Of a stretch of DNA of 64,000 nt, positions 40,439 through 50,382 are shown piece after piece; the stretch's first letter is position 1; each line of letters opens with the position of its first letter. The notes under the pieces are model-generated. The model saw only the letters and a list, made by a program, of their open reading frames with translations. It had not been told where the DNA came from and did no database searches. The stretch is taken from assembly GCA_040769125.1 (NCBI GenBank), contig JAXGLO010000001.1, positions 1,259,053 to 1,323,052 on the forward strand, given 5' to 3'. Made by a program: the position numbers and the translations under genes. The stretch comes from Thermoleophilia bacterium (GTDB lineage Bacteria > Actinomycetota > Thermoleophilia > UBA2241).

Positions 40439-41092
40439 GTGAACGATCGCTTCGCCTTCGACGTCCGGCGCGCCGGCGCCAGTCTTCTGGCAGGCGCCGA
40501 CGAGGCCGGCCGCGGCTGTCTGGCGGGGCCGCTCGTCGCCGCAGCGGTCTGCTTCGATTACGGCCGTCTCAGACAGGACGATTTCGAGGCTCTGGCGACG
40601 CTCGACGACTCCAAGAGGCTCACCAGGGGGAGGCGCGAGGCGCTGTACGGCGAGATCATCGGCCGTGCCAGCTCGGTCGTGGTGCTCTCCTGTTCGGCGG
40701 AAACCATCGACCGCCGAGGGCTGCACGTCAGCAATCTGGCAACGCTCTCGCACGCACTCGAGGGCGTGGTTCCTCTCCCCGCAGTGGCGCTGGTCGACGG
40801 GTTCGCTCTGCCTGACTGCACGCTGCCCCATGAGGCCGTGGTCGGCGGCGACCGCCTCTCTGCCGCCATCGCCGCCGCCTCTGTGGTCGCCAAGGTGGCA
40901 CGTGACCGACTCATGGTTCATCTTCATGAGAGGTACCCGCAGTACGGCTTCGACAGCCACGTCGGGTACGCCACCGCCCGGCACCGGGCCGCGATCGCAG
41001 AGCACGGCGTTTGCGCCGTTCACCGGCGCTCCTTCTCGAGCGTCGCCTATCATCAGCTCGGCCTGGATGTGTCGGAGGCCGCCCCGGCGTGA
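40439..41092 (+). CDS. rnhB: Ribonuclease HII
   Basis: 'GADEAGRGCLAGPLV' catalytic motif, 'DDSKRLT', 'VDGFALPD'. Confidence 0.9.
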   Translation: MNDRFAFDVRRAGASLLAGADEAGRGCLAGPLVAAAVCFDYGRLRQDDFEALATLDDSKRLTRGRREALYGEIIGRASSVVVLSCSAETIDRRGLHVSNLATLSHALEGVVPLPAVALVDGFALPDCTLPHEAVVGGDRLSAAIAAASVVAKVARDRLMVHLHERYPQYGFDSHVGYATARHRAAIAEHGVCAVHRRSFSSVAYHQLGLDVSEAAPA

Positions 41093-41245
41093 TCCCCCGA
41101 AGGCTCGCACGACCACGGCCCTCAAGGATCGCGGCGACTGCGTCGTCCCGCCTGATTCGAGGGGCTCGTCCGACGGGGAGAGCGTCACCGACCGATGCTA
41201 TTCGGCACCCTGTGGCCGGCACTAGTCCCGCGCTACGCTCTTCCC

Positions 41246-41620
41246 ATGAACGCTCGCCAACAGTTCGGCAGAGCCGCCGAGGTGGCCGCGGCGCAGCATC
41301 TCCGCAGGCGAGGCTGGCGCATCGTGGGGCAGAACGTGCGCATCGGCCGCGGTGAGCTCGACCTCATCGCACGACGCGCCGGCGTCCTCGCCTTCGTCGA
41401 GGTCAAGGCGCGCAGGTCTCATACCTGCGGCACCCCGGAGGATGCGGTAGACGCCCGCAAGCGCCAGCGCATCGCGCGGCTCGCTTCACTCTGGCTGGCC
41501 GCGCGGCCCTGGGCGATGCGCGGAGTCGACGAGATCCGCTTCGACATCATCTCGGTCGATGCCACGACTGCGCCGGCGCAACTTCGTCACCTTGAGGCGG
41601 CGTTCACTCTCGATGGATAA
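41246..41620 (+). CDS. yraN: YraN family (UPF0102) predicted endonuclease
   Basis: 'GRAAEVAAAQHLRRRGWRIVGQNVRIGRGELDLIA...AFVEVKAR' matches the UPF0102 consensus. The ORF track starts at 41195; I prefer ATG 41246. Confidence 0.8.
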   Translation: MNARQQFGRAAEVAAAQHLRRRGWRIVGQNVRIGRGELDLIARRAGVLAFVEVKARRSHTCGTPEDAVDARKRQRIARLASLWLAARPWAMRGVDEIRFDIISVDATTAPAQLRHLEAAFTLDG

Positions 41621-41677
41621 CGCCGCCGAGCGACGCCGCGGTCGCCGGCAGGACGCGCCAAGCGCCTGGGAGGAGCC

Positions 41678-43213
41678 GTGCTAGCACGCATCGCCAGCGA
41701 AGCCCTGAGCGGGCTACAGGGGTACCCCGTGGAGGTAGAGGCAGACGTCGTCGCGGCGGCTCCCGCCTTCAGCATCGTCGGGCTCCCGGACGCGGCCGTT
41801 CAGGAGAGCCGTGAGCGCGTGCGCGCAGCCATCGTCAACTCCGGGTACTCCTTTCCATCTCGCCGCGTCACCATCAATCTGGCCCCGGCCGACCTGCGTA
41901 AAGAGGGTCCCTCGTTCGACCTTCCCATCGCGCTCGCGTTCCTCATGGCCACCGGCCAGGTCGGCGCGAGCGGTAGAGAGCCGGAGGGCATTGCGGCTCT
42001 CGGCGAGCTCGGCCTCGACGGCTCGTTGCGGCCCGTCTGCGGCACCCTGGCGCTCGCTGAGAGCCTGCGCCGGCGCGGCGTGCGCGGCCTGCTGCTGCCG
42101 ACCGCCAATGCGGCTGAGGCAAGCCTGGTGCAAGGGCTCGCGGTATTCCCGGCGCGGTCGCTCTCCGAGGCCGTAGCACGCCTGGAGGCCGGCGGCGGGC
42201 CTGCGGCTCCGCCGGCTGACCTCGCAGCGCTGCTCGAGCCGGCGCCGGCCGAGGACGGTCCGGACTTCGCCGACATCGTCGGCCAGGAGGGAGTCAAACG
42301 CGCCCTCGAGGTCGCTGCGGCAGGCGGTCACAACGTACTCCTGACAGGGGCGCCCGGGGCGGGCAAGACCATGCTCGTGCGGCGTCTCCCGACCATCATG
42401 CCCGCCCTGGCGCCCGAGGAGGCCATGGAGGTCACGCGCGTTCACAGCGTCGCCGGTCTGCTGCGCGCCGGGCGCCCGCTGGTACGTGCGCGTCCGTTCA
42501 GAGCGCCGCACCACACGGTGTCGTGCGCCGGGCTGGTCGGCGGCGGCACGACGCCGCGGCCCGGCGAGGTCAGCCTGGCCCACCTGGGAGTGCTCTTTCT
42601 CGACGAGTTCCCCGAGTTCCGGCTCTCGGCGCTCGAGGGTCTTCGCCAGCCGCTCGAAGACGGTGAAGTCACCATCAGCCGTCGGCTCACCTCGCTCACC
42701 TTTCCGGCGCGTATCATGCTGGTCGCCGCCATGAACCCATGCCCGTGCGGCTACCGCGGCGACCCGCTGCAGGAGTGCACCTGTCCGGCGTATCGTCTCA
42801 GGCAGTACACCTCGCGTCTCAGCGGGCCGCTGCTCGACCGTATCGATCTCTGCGTCGATGTGCCGCGAGTAGCGCCGCAGGAGTGGCGCGCCGGGGCGAA
42901 GGTCGAGCCCTCGAGCGTCGTTCAGGCGAGAGTCGCTGCGGCGCGTCGGCGGCAGCAGGCCCGCTTGCAAGGGTTCGGGGCTCATGCCAATGCCCACATG
43001 AACGCCGCCCAGTTGCGCCGCACGTGCAGGCTCGACCCCGAGGCGGCCGCCCTCCTCGATCGTGCGTACGACCGTCTGCGCCTTACCGCTCGCGCCTATG
43101 ACCGCGTGGTCAAGGTCGCACGCACCATCGCCGACCTCGCCGGAGCCGGCACGATCGCTGCCGCACACGTCGGTGAGGCACTGTCGTATCGCGCGCGCGG
43201 GCGGTCATGGTAG
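41678..43213 (+). CDS. comM: Mg-chelatase-like AAA+ protein YifB/ComM
   Basis: Lon-protease-like N-terminal domain, AAA+ core 'LLTGAPGAGKTMLV', 'LFLDEFPEF'. C-terminal ChlI-like domain with Cys cluster. Confidence 0.9.
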   Translation: MLARIASEALSGLQGYPVEVEADVVAAAPAFSIVGLPDAAVQESRERVRAAIVNSGYSFPSRRVTINLAPADLRKEGPSFDLPIALAFLMATGQVGASGREPEGIAALGELGLDGSLRPVCGTLALAESLRRRGVRGLLLPTANAAEASLVQGLAVFPARSLSEAVARLEAGGGPAAPPADLAALLEPAPAEDGPDFADIVGQEGVKRALEVAAAGGHNVLLTGAPGAGKTMLVRRLPTIMPALAPEEAMEVTRVHSVAGLLRAGRPLVRARPFRAPHHTVSCAGLVGGGTTPRPGEVSLAHLGVLFLDEFPEFRLSALEGLRQPLEDGEVTISRRLTSLTFPARIMLVAAMNPCPCGYRGDPLQECTCPAYRLRQYTSRLSGPLLDRIDLCVDVPRVAPQEWRAGAKVEPSSVVQARVAAARRRQQARLQGFGAHANAHMNAAQLRRTCRLDPEAAALLDRAYDRLRLTARAYDRVVKVARTIADLAGAGTIAAAHVGEALSYRARGRSW

Positions 43214-44475
43214 GCCCGGCGAACGATGCCAGTCCCGCTCCGGAAGCCTCGGCAGAGAGGCCGGCTTCCGTGTCTCATCTCCAGCATGAGCGAAGGGCTC
43301 TCTGTATCTGGCTGGGGGTCCTCGCCTCGTGGCGTACCGGGCTGATCAAGCGCCTGGTAGCCCGGTACGGCAGCGTCCACGGAGCTCTCAGGCAGCCGCC
43401 CGCCGCTTTGGCCGCGTTCTGCGCCGGGAAGCCGCAGAGTCAAACGCCCGCCGCAGAAGGATCAGGCGAGAGCATCACCCCAGCACCTACAGCCTCGGCC
43501 GAGGAGATGCGGTTTCGCACCTGTCTGACGATGAAGCCGGTCGACTGCGCTCGGGAGATGACCTCAGGCGCCGGACGCATGGTGGTCGCCTGGTGCGACC
43601 CGCTCTATCCGCCGGCTCTACGGCATCTTGCCGACCCCCCGCTGTGCCTGTTTGTGCGCGCCTCCTGCACGGCCGCGGAGATCGAACAACGCATGCGCGA
43701 TCTCTCTCTGCGGCCGTGTGTCTCCGTCGTCGGCACCAGAGCTCCTTCACCGTACGGCGAGGACATGGCCGCCATGCTGGGACGGGACCTTGCTTCAGCC
43801 TGCGCGATCGTCGTCAGCGGCCTGGCCATGGGCATCGACGCCATCGCCCAACGGGGCGCCCTCGAAGCATCGCGCCACGAACCGGCGACCGTCGGCGTCC
43901 TCGGGTGTGGACCCGACATCGTCTACCCACGGGTGAACGCGCGCCTGTTCGCCGACGTCGCCGCGCGCGGATTGCTCGTCTCCGAGTTCGCCTGGGGGGT
44001 ACCGGCACGCGCCTGGAGGTTCCCCGCCCGCAATCGTGTGATGGCGGCGCTGGGCCGGGGAGTGGTGGTCGTGGAGGGGGCGGCTCGCAGCGGCGCCCTC
44101 CTCACGGCAGGCTTTGCGCTCGAGCTCGGGAGAGATGTCTTCGCTGTGCCGGGGGAGGCCGGCCGTCGACTGAGCGCCGGCCCTCACGGCCTCCTGCGAC
44201 AGGGGGCCTGCCTATGCGAATCGGCCGCCGATGTCCTGGAGTCATGTGCCAGCGTCGCGCCTCCTGGCGAAGCGCGCCTCAGCTGGTCGGATTCCGGCGA
44301 CGGCGCCCTGGCCGAGGTTCTGCAGGCACTCAAGCGCGGCAGCGCGACTCCCGATCAGATCGCCCTGGCGAGCGGGCTGCCGGTCCACGCCGCCACGGCC
44401 GCGCTCAGCGGCCTCGAGGTGGATGGCCTCGTGCGCCGCGTGGAGGGCGGCGCCTATCGACTGCGCGTGAGCTGA
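43207..44475 (+). CDS. dprA: DNA processing protein DprA (Smf)
   Basis: Rossmann-like 'VSVVGTRAPSPYG', 'VVSGLAMGIDAIAQRGAL', 'GALLTA'. C-terminal winged helix. comM-dprA are adjacent as in actinobacteria. Confidence 0.85.
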   Translation: MVGPANDASPAPEASAERPASVSHLQHERRALCIWLGVLASWRTGLIKRLVARYGSVHGALRQPPAALAAFCAGKPQSQTPAAEGSGESITPAPTASAEEMRFRTCLTMKPVDCAREMTSGAGRMVVAWCDPLYPPALRHLADPPLCLFVRASCTAAEIEQRMRDLSLRPCVSVVGTRAPSPYGEDMAAMLGRDLASACAIVVSGLAMGIDAIAQRGALEASRHEPATVGVLGCGPDIVYPRVNARLFADVAARGLLVSEFAWGVPARAWRFPARNRVMAALGRGVVVVEGAARSGALLTAGFALELGRDVFAVPGEAGRRLSAGPHGLLRQGACLCESAADVLESCASVAPPGEARLSWSDSGDGALAEVLQALKRGSATPDQIALASGLPVHAATAALSGLEVDGLVRRVEGGAYRLRVS

Positions 44476-44506
44476 ACGCCGCGGGCAGGAACGTCCTGCG
44501 GGCTCG

Positions 44507-45487
44507 TTGAACTCCTACCATGCCCGAGGAGGACGATTGAGCGCTGCCCGACACGACAATGCAGTGAGCGCCGAGAGTCATGCCTCAGCCGCCGACCGGC
44601 ATCACGAGGCGGCGACATTCCTCCGCAATCTCGAGGTCGGCGGTGCGAGCAGCGCCACGCTCCGCTCGTATGCGTCCGACCTCAGGCAGCTCTTCGACTG
44701 GCTCGGCGAGCGCGATCTCAGCGTTGAGCAGCTCGACCGCCGCGTCCTCAGGGCGTTCGCGTCTCATCTCGGCCGCCGCGGATACGCTCCAGCCACGCTC
44801 GCCCGCAAGCTCTCTACTCTGCGCGGATTCTCGCGATTCCTCGCTGAGCGCGGCCGTCTCGTCGTCGATCCTGGTCGTGCGCTGCCCGGCCCGCGCCGAC
44901 GCCGCCGCCTGCCTCGGGTTCTCACGGTGAGAGAGGTCGATGCTCTTCTGGCCGCCGCCGGCGGCGGAGACCCGCTTGCCTTGCGAGACCGGCTGATCCT
45001 CGAGCTGCTGTACGGCTGTGGCCTGCGCAGCCAGGAGCTGGTCGATCTTCATCTCGGCGACGTGAGGGCCGGTGAGGCCCAGCTCATCGTCCGCGGCAAG
45101 GGCGGAGCGATGCGTGTCGTCCCGATGGGGGAGGAGGCAGCCGCGGCGCTGCGTCGCTACCTGGCACGGGGGCGCGGGCAACTGGCGGCCGCCGCCGGTG
45201 CACGCGAAGCCGGAACGACACTGGTCGTCTCTCGCACAGGCCGCCCGCTGCTGACGTCGGACATCAGACGCATTCTTGTGAAATACTCACGGAGTGCGGG
45301 CATAGATGAAGCATCACCGCATATGCTGCGGCACGCGTACGCGACGCACATGCTGCAGAGAGGGGCCGATTTGCGAGCGATTCAGGAGTTGCTAGGGCAT
45401 GCGTCCGTATCAACGACGCAGGTCTACACGCACGTGAGCGGCGCTCATCTGCGGAAGGTGTACGATCTGCATCATCCGCGCGCGTGA
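44507..45487 (+). CDS. xerC: Tyrosine recombinase XerC
   Basis: 'MLRHAYATHML...LLGHASVSTTQVYTHV' catalytic box and 'LELLYGCGLRSQEL'. Confidence 0.85.
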   Translation: MNSYHARGGRLSAARHDNAVSAESHASAADRHHEAATFLRNLEVGGASSATLRSYASDLRQLFDWLGERDLSVEQLDRRVLRAFASHLGRRGYAPATLARKLSTLRGFSRFLAERGRLVVDPGRALPGPRRRRRLPRVLTVREVDALLAAAGGGDPLALRDRLILELLYGCGLRSQELVDLHLGDVRAGEAQLIVRGKGGAMRVVPMGEEAAAALRRYLARGRGQLAAAAGAREAGTTLVVSRTGRPLLTSDIRRILVKYSRSAGIDEASPHMLRHAYATHMLQRGADLRAIQELLGHASVSTTQVYTHVSGAHLRKVYDLHHPRA

Positions 45488-45530
45488 GGCCTGCTCCAGA
45501 CGAGCGACGCCGGCGGATGCGACTCTTGAG

Positions 45531-46319
45531 ATGACGAGACTCGAAGAACACGCGATACAGGATCTGTGGGAGCGCTACAAATCGCGCGGCGACAAGGACG
45601 CCCGCGACCGTCTCATTCTCGCCTATTCGCCCCTCGTCAAGTACGTGGCCGGCCGCATGAGCAGCGGCTTGCCCGCCCACGTAGAGGAGTCCGACCTCAT
45701 CAGCTATGGCCTCCTCGGCCTGATCAGCGCTCTCGAACGGTTCGACCTCGAGCGCAAGATCAAGTTCGAAACGTATGCCGTGTCGCGCATCAAAGGATCG
45801 ATTATCGATGAGCTGCGCTCGCTCGACTGGGTCCCGCGCTCCGTGAGAAGCAAGGCGCGCGATATCGAGAAAGCCTGCGCCGCCCTTGAGAACCGCTTGC
45901 AGCGCGCCCCGACCGACGAGGAGATCGCCGACGAGCTGCATATCTCCGTGCACGAGTTCCGCCAGTCGCTCACGCAGATCTCCACGACCAACATGGTCGC
46001 GCTCGACGAGCTGTGGTCGATCTCCGGCTCGGAGGGCGACCAGGCATCCCTGATGGACACGCTTGAGGATCCCGAAGCACGCGATCCCGTCAAGATGCTC
46101 GGCCTCAGCGAGATGAAGTCGCGGCTGGCGGCAGGTATCGAAGCGCTTCCCAAGCGCGAGAAGATCGTCATCGCGCTCTACTACTACGAGAACCTCACGC
46201 TGCGCGAGATCGGCGAAGTCCTCGGCGTCACCGAGTCAAGGGTCTCGCAGCTCCACACCAAGGCGATCCTTCGGCTCAAGGGTCGTCTGCGCGACGAGCT
46301 TGAGCCGGTTACCCGCTGA
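45531..46319 (+). CDS. fliA: Sigma-28 family RNA polymerase sigma factor (FliA/WhiG/SigD type)
   Basis: Region 2 'ESDLISYGLLGLISALERFD', region 3, and region 4.2 'LTLREIGEVLGVTESRVSQLHTKAILRLK' typical of the FliA/WhiG group. Location between xerC and rpsB matches whiG in Streptomyces. Confidence 0.8.
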   Translation: MTRLEEHAIQDLWERYKSRGDKDARDRLILAYSPLVKYVAGRMSSGLPAHVEESDLISYGLLGLISALERFDLERKIKFETYAVSRIKGSIIDELRSLDWVPRSVRSKARDIEKACAALENRLQRAPTDEEIADELHISVHEFRQSLTQISTTNMVALDELWSISGSEGDQASLMDTLEDPEARDPVKMLGLSEMKSRLAAGIEALPKREKIVIALYYYENLTLREIGEVLGVTESRVSQLHTKAILRLKGRLRDELEPVTR

Positions 46320-46549
46320 CACGGCGCTGCGCCCGGCGCTGGGCGGCGGTGAGCCAATCTGGTAGCATGATCAGCTGTTGTGTCCACACCGACCCGGTGG
46401 GTCCACGATCCGTGGCGGTGTCGGGCGGGAGGCCCTCACGGGCGACCGCCCGATTCCACTGATCGTCCGCCGGCAACAGAGCGGTGGTCCGTAGATGGCT
46501 CGCTGAGCCCGGCGGCGCCGCATCGCAACCGCGTCACGAGGAGATAGTT

Positions 46550-47545
46550 TTGGCCGCGCCACAGCACACCGTCAGCATGAAGGACCTGCTTGTCAACGGC
46601 GTCCACTTCGGCCACCAGACCCGCCGGTGGAACCCGAAGATGAAGCAATTCATCTTCGGCGAGCGGGGCGGGATCTACATCATCGACCTCAAGAAGACCG
46701 CCGCGCTCATCGACGAGGCGTGCACCTTCCTCAAGCGCACCAGCGAGCGTGGCGGCAGCGTCCTGTTCGTTGGCACCAAGAAGCAGTGCCAGGAGTCGAT
46801 CGAGGAGCAGGCGAAGCGCGTGGGTATGCCGTTCGTCTGCAACCGCTGGCTCGGCGGCCTGCTCACCAACTACGCCACCCTCAGCAAGCGCATCAAGCGC
46901 ATGCACGAGCTGCGTCGTCTCTCGACGGACGGCTCCCTCGATCTTCTGCCCACGCGCGAGGCCATGCAGCTGCGTGGCGACCTCCGCAAGCTCGAGCAGA
47001 ACCTGGGCGGCGTCGACACAATGGAGAGGCTCCCAGCCGCGGTCTTCGTGATCGACCCGCACCGCGAGGCTATCGTGGTAAAGGAAGCGCGCAAGCTCAA
47101 GATCCCGATCGTCGCACTCGTCGATACGAACTGCGATCCGGACGAGGTCGACTACATCATCCCGGGAAACGACGACGCCATCCGCAGCTGCAGCCTCATC
47201 GTGCGCATCATCGCAGATGCCGTCGCCGAAGGTCGCCAGCTGCTCACCGAGGCCGAGATGAAGGCCACTGCCGAGCGCAAGGCCGCCGAGGAGGCGGCTG
47301 CGGCCGAGAAGGCTGCTGCTGAAAAGGCTGCGGCCGAGAAGGCGGCCGCTGAAAAGGCTGCGGCCGAGGCAGCCGAGGCCGAGAAGGCGGCCGCAGAGAA
47401 GGCCGCGGCAGATAAGGCTGCAGCCGAGGCCGCCAAGGCCAAGGAGGCCGCTGCCGAGGTCGCCAAGGAGGCCAGCGCCGAAACTGCCGAGAAGGCCGCG
47501 AAAGCGTCGGCCGAGGAGGCGTCCGCCGCGACGCCGGCCGAGTAG
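46550..47545 (+). CDS. rpsB: 30S ribosomal protein S2 with ~100-aa Ala/Glu/Lys-rich C-terminal extension
   Basis: 'GVHFGHQTRRWNPKM', 'VLFVGTKKQ', 'RWLGGLLTN'. TTG 46550 preceded by a GAGGAG SD (ATG 46577 is an alternative). The tail is AEKAAA repeats. Confidence 0.9.
   Translation: MAAPQHTVSMKDLLVNGVHFGHQTRRWNPKMKQFIFGERGGIYIIDLKKTAALIDEACTFLKRTSERGGSVLFVGTKKQCQESIEEQAKRVGMPFVCNRWLGGLLTNYATLSKRIKRMHELRRLSTDGSLDLLPTREAMQLRGDLRKLEQNLGGVDTMERLPAAVFVIDPHREAIVVKEARKLKIPIVALVDTNCDPDEVDYIIPGNDDAIRSCSLIVRIIADAVAEGRQLLTEAEMKATAERKAAEEAAAAEKAAAEKAAAEKAAAEKAAAEAAEAEKAAAEKAAADKAAAEAAKAKEAAAEVAKEASAETAEKAAKASAEEASAATPAE
47281..47470 (+). repeat. Tandem ~18-bp coding repeat (gccgagaaggcNgcNgcN = AEKAAA) x ~8-10 in the rpsB 3' end
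   Basis: Seen directly: reiterated 'gccgagaaggctgctgct gaaaaggctgcggcc gagaaggcggccgct gaaaaggctgcggcc...'. Confidence 0.7.
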
Positions 47546-47590
47546 CACGCGCAACTGAGAGAACGCCGACCCTCGAGAAAGGATCGCGCT

Positions 47591-48202
47591 GTGGCTGAGA
47601 TCACCGCTGCACTGGTTAAGGAGCTCCGCGAGAAGAGCGGGGCAGGCATGATGGACTGCAAGAAGGCGCTGACCGCAACCGGCGGCGACCTCGACAAGGC
47701 GATTGACGAGCTCCGCAAGCAGGGCCTCGCCACAGCCCAGAAGAAGAGTGCGCGCGTCACCAAGGACGGCGCCGTCGATTACTACATTCACGCCGGCGGC
47801 AAGATCGGCGTCCTGGTGGAGGTCGGCGTCGAGACGGACTTCGTGTCGCGCAGCGGGCCGTTCCGCGAGTTCACGCACGATCTGGCGATGCATGTCGCGG
47901 CGGCGGCCCCGACCTGGGTCTCGCGCGACCAGGTTCCCGAGGATGTCATCGCTCGCGAGAAGGCGATCTACGCCGAATCCGACCAGATCAAGGGCAAGCC
48001 TGAGAACATCGTCGAGAAGATCATCGGCGGCAAGCTCGAAAAGTTCTTTGCCGAGACCTGTCTCATGGAACAGGCGTTCATCAAGGATCCGGATCGCACC
48101 ATCGAGCAGCTGCGCACCGACCTGGTCGGTGTCATTGGCGAGAACGTCGAGGTGCGCCGCTTCGTGCGCTTCCAGCTCGGCGAGACCACCGCTGCGAGCT
48201 GA
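47591..48202 (+). CDS. tsf: Elongation factor Ts
   Basis: 'ITAALVKELREKSGAGMMDCKKAL' UBA-like N-terminus. Position after rpsB. Confidence 0.95.
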   Translation: MAEITAALVKELREKSGAGMMDCKKALTATGGDLDKAIDELRKQGLATAQKKSARVTKDGAVDYYIHAGGKIGVLVEVGVETDFVSRSGPFREFTHDLAMHVAAAAPTWVSRDQVPEDVIAREKAIYAESDQIKGKPENIVEKIIGGKLEKFFAETCLMEQAFIKDPDRTIEQLRTDLVGVIGENVEVRRFVRFQLGETTAAS

Positions 48203-48207
48203 TCACG

Positions 48208-48945
48208 ATGGAGAGAGGTCAACCGCACAGCGCCTTCCATCGCGTCCTTATCAAGCTGAGCGGCCAGGCGCTCGGCGGGGCCGACGGGGTGATCGACCCG
48301 GCGACGACGCTGGAGATCGCCCAGCATCTCAAGACCGCACGGGATCTCGGCACCGACGTCGCCGTCGTTGTCGGCGGCGGCAACATCTTCCGTGGCATGC
48401 GTGCGGCCGCCGGAGGCATGGATCGCGTTACCGGCGACCATATCGGCATGCTGGCCACGGTGCAGAACTCCCTCGCCCTGCAGACCGCCCTGGAGGGCGA
48501 GGGTGTCGATACCCGCGTCATGAGCGCCATCGAGGTAGGCGCGGTGTGCGAACCGTATACGCCCCGCCACGCCAAACGGCACCTCGAGAAGGGTCGTGTC
48601 GTCATCTGCGCGGCAGGCACCGGCAATCCGTACTTCAGCACAGACTCGGCTGCAGCTCTGCGTGCCCTCGAGCTCAAGGCGGACGCCATCCTCATGGCGA
48701 AGCGCGAGTACGACGGCGTCTTCACCGCGGACCCCGAGACCGACCCCACGGCTGAGTTCATCCCTGAGCTCACGCATCGTGAGGCGATCGAGCGCGGCCT
48801 CAGGGTCATGGACACGACCGCGCTGAGCCTCTGCATGGAGAACACTATGCCGTTGTACGTGTTCAAGATGACCGGCGACAACATCATGCGCGTGCTGACG
48901 GGTCAGCGTGTGGGAACCGTGATCCACACAGTAGCCCAGAGCTGA
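48208..48945 (+). CDS. pyrH: Uridylate kinase
   Basis: 'RVLIKLSGQAL', 'VVGGGNIFRG', 'GTGNPYFSTDSAAALRA'. Confidence 0.95.
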   Translation: MERGQPHSAFHRVLIKLSGQALGGADGVIDPATTLEIAQHLKTARDLGTDVAVVVGGGNIFRGMRAAAGGMDRVTGDHIGMLATVQNSLALQTALEGEGVDTRVMSAIEVGAVCEPYTPRHAKRHLEKGRVVICAAGTGNPYFSTDSAAALRALELKADAILMAKREYDGVFTADPETDPTAEFIPELTHREAIERGLRVMDTTALSLCMENTMPLYVFKMTGDNIMRVLTGQRVGTVIHTVAQS

Positions 48946-48964
48946 TCTCGAGAAGGGAGGGCCC

Positions 48965-49522
48965 GTGGAGCAGGAGCTTCTGGCGGATGCCAATCATCGG
49001 ATGGGAAGGGCCGTCGAGGCCGTCCAATCTGAGTTCAACACGGTGCGCACTGGCCGCGCGAGCGTCAGCCTGCTCGACCGTATCTACGTCGATTACTACG
49101 GGACCAGCACGCCTCTCAACCAGATCGCCAATGTAGCCGCGCCCGAGGCACGCCTCCTTACGCTGCAGCCGTACGACAAGACGGCGCTCAAGGCGATCGA
49201 AAAGGCTATCCTGGAGTCGGATCTCGGCCTCAACCCGAGCAACGACGGCTCCATCATTCGCCTGGCGATCCCGACGCTCACCGAGGAGCGGCGGCGCGAT
49301 CTCGTCAAGCTCGTACATCGACTCGCCGAAGACGGCCGCATCGCCGTGCGCAACGTGCGTCGCGACTGCATGAAGGATCTCAAGGAGCTCCAGCACAGCG
49401 GCGAGATGGGTGAAGATGCCGTGCGCCGCGCCGAGACGGAGCTGCAGCACTACACCGACAATCGCGTGCACGAGATCGACGCCCTGCTCAAGCACAAGGA
49501 AGCCGAGATCCTCGAGGTCTGA
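48965..49522 (+). CDS. frr: Ribosome recycling factor
   Basis: 'FNTVRTGRASVSLLD', 'IRLAIPTLTEERRRDLVK'. Confidence 0.95.
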   Translation: MEQELLADANHRMGRAVEAVQSEFNTVRTGRASVSLLDRIYVDYYGTSTPLNQIANVAAPEARLLTLQPYDKTALKAIEKAILESDLGLNPSNDGSIIRLAIPTLTEERRRDLVKLVHRLAEDGRIAVRNVRRDCMKDLKELQHSGEMGEDAVRRAETELQHYTDNRVHEIDALLKHKEAEILEV

Positions 49523-49554
49523 GGCGCCACCGGCGTCTGGGCTCTCTCTCTTCC

Positions 49555-50382
49555 ATGGCATCCCTGCGAACCTGGCTCGCGCGCTGGCGCTTGCGCAGCG
49601 CGCGTAGCGCCCCCGGACGTCCGGCGGGCAGCGCTACCGCCAGCCACGTGGCCATCATCATGGACGGCAACGGGCGATGGGCGGAGGCCCGGCGACTGCC
49701 GGTGGCTGCCGGCCACAGGGCCGGCGCGGTAACTTTGCGACGCGTCCTCGAGCACGCCCTCGACCTCGGACTGCGAGAGGTAACCGTCTTCGCCTTCTCG
49801 ACGGAGAACTGGAGCCGCCCGCCGAAGGAGGTGGCGGCGCTCATGGACCTGTTCCTCGAGATGATCGATTCACAGGTCCCGGACTTGCACAGGCGCGGCG
49901 CACGAGTGCGGTTCGTTGGGTCCCGTGAGGGCGTGCCGCCGGATCTTCAGGCGCGAATCGCGGCTGCGGAGACCCTGACGGCGGGCAACAGCAAGATGAC
50001 GCTGTTCATCGCCTTCAACTACGGTGGCCGGCGCGAGATCCTGGAGGCCGCGGAGCGACTGGCTCGCGAGCGCTGCGCGGCCGCGTTCGACGACGGCGGC
50101 GCAGGCCTAGCGGCGCCGCTTGAGGAGGCGGAGTTCCGTCGGTACCTCTACGCCCCCGAAATGCGCGACCCGGAGCTGCTCATTCGCACCTCGGGCGAGC
50201 TGCGCACCAGCAACTTCCTGCTCTGGCAGTGCGCGTATGCCGAGCTGTACTTCTCCGAGAAGCTCTGGCCGGACTTCGGACCTGACGATCTGGACGCCGC
50301 TCTGGCAGAGTACGCTCGTCGCCGGCGCAGATTCGGCGGCCGCGAGGCCGCGCCTGCAGGCGACGGGGAGGCGACGATATGA
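49555..50382 (+). CDS. uppS: Undecaprenyl-diphosphate synthase (cis-isoprenyl transferase)
   Basis: 'HVAIIMDGNGRWA', 'FAFSTENWSRP', 'RTSGELRTSNFLLWQ'. Confidence 0.9.
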   Translation: MASLRTWLARWRLRSARSAPGRPAGSATASHVAIIMDGNGRWAEARRLPVAAGHRAGAVTLRRVLEHALDLGLREVTVFAFSTENWSRPPKEVAALMDLFLEMIDSQVPDLHRRGARVRFVGSREGVPPDLQARIAAAETLTAGNSKMTLFIAFNYGGRREILEAAERLARERCAAAFDDGGAGLAAPLEEAEFRRYLYAPEMRDPELLIRTSGELRTSNFLLWQCAYAELYFSEKLWPDFGPDDLDAALAEYARRRRRFGGREAAPAGDGEATI

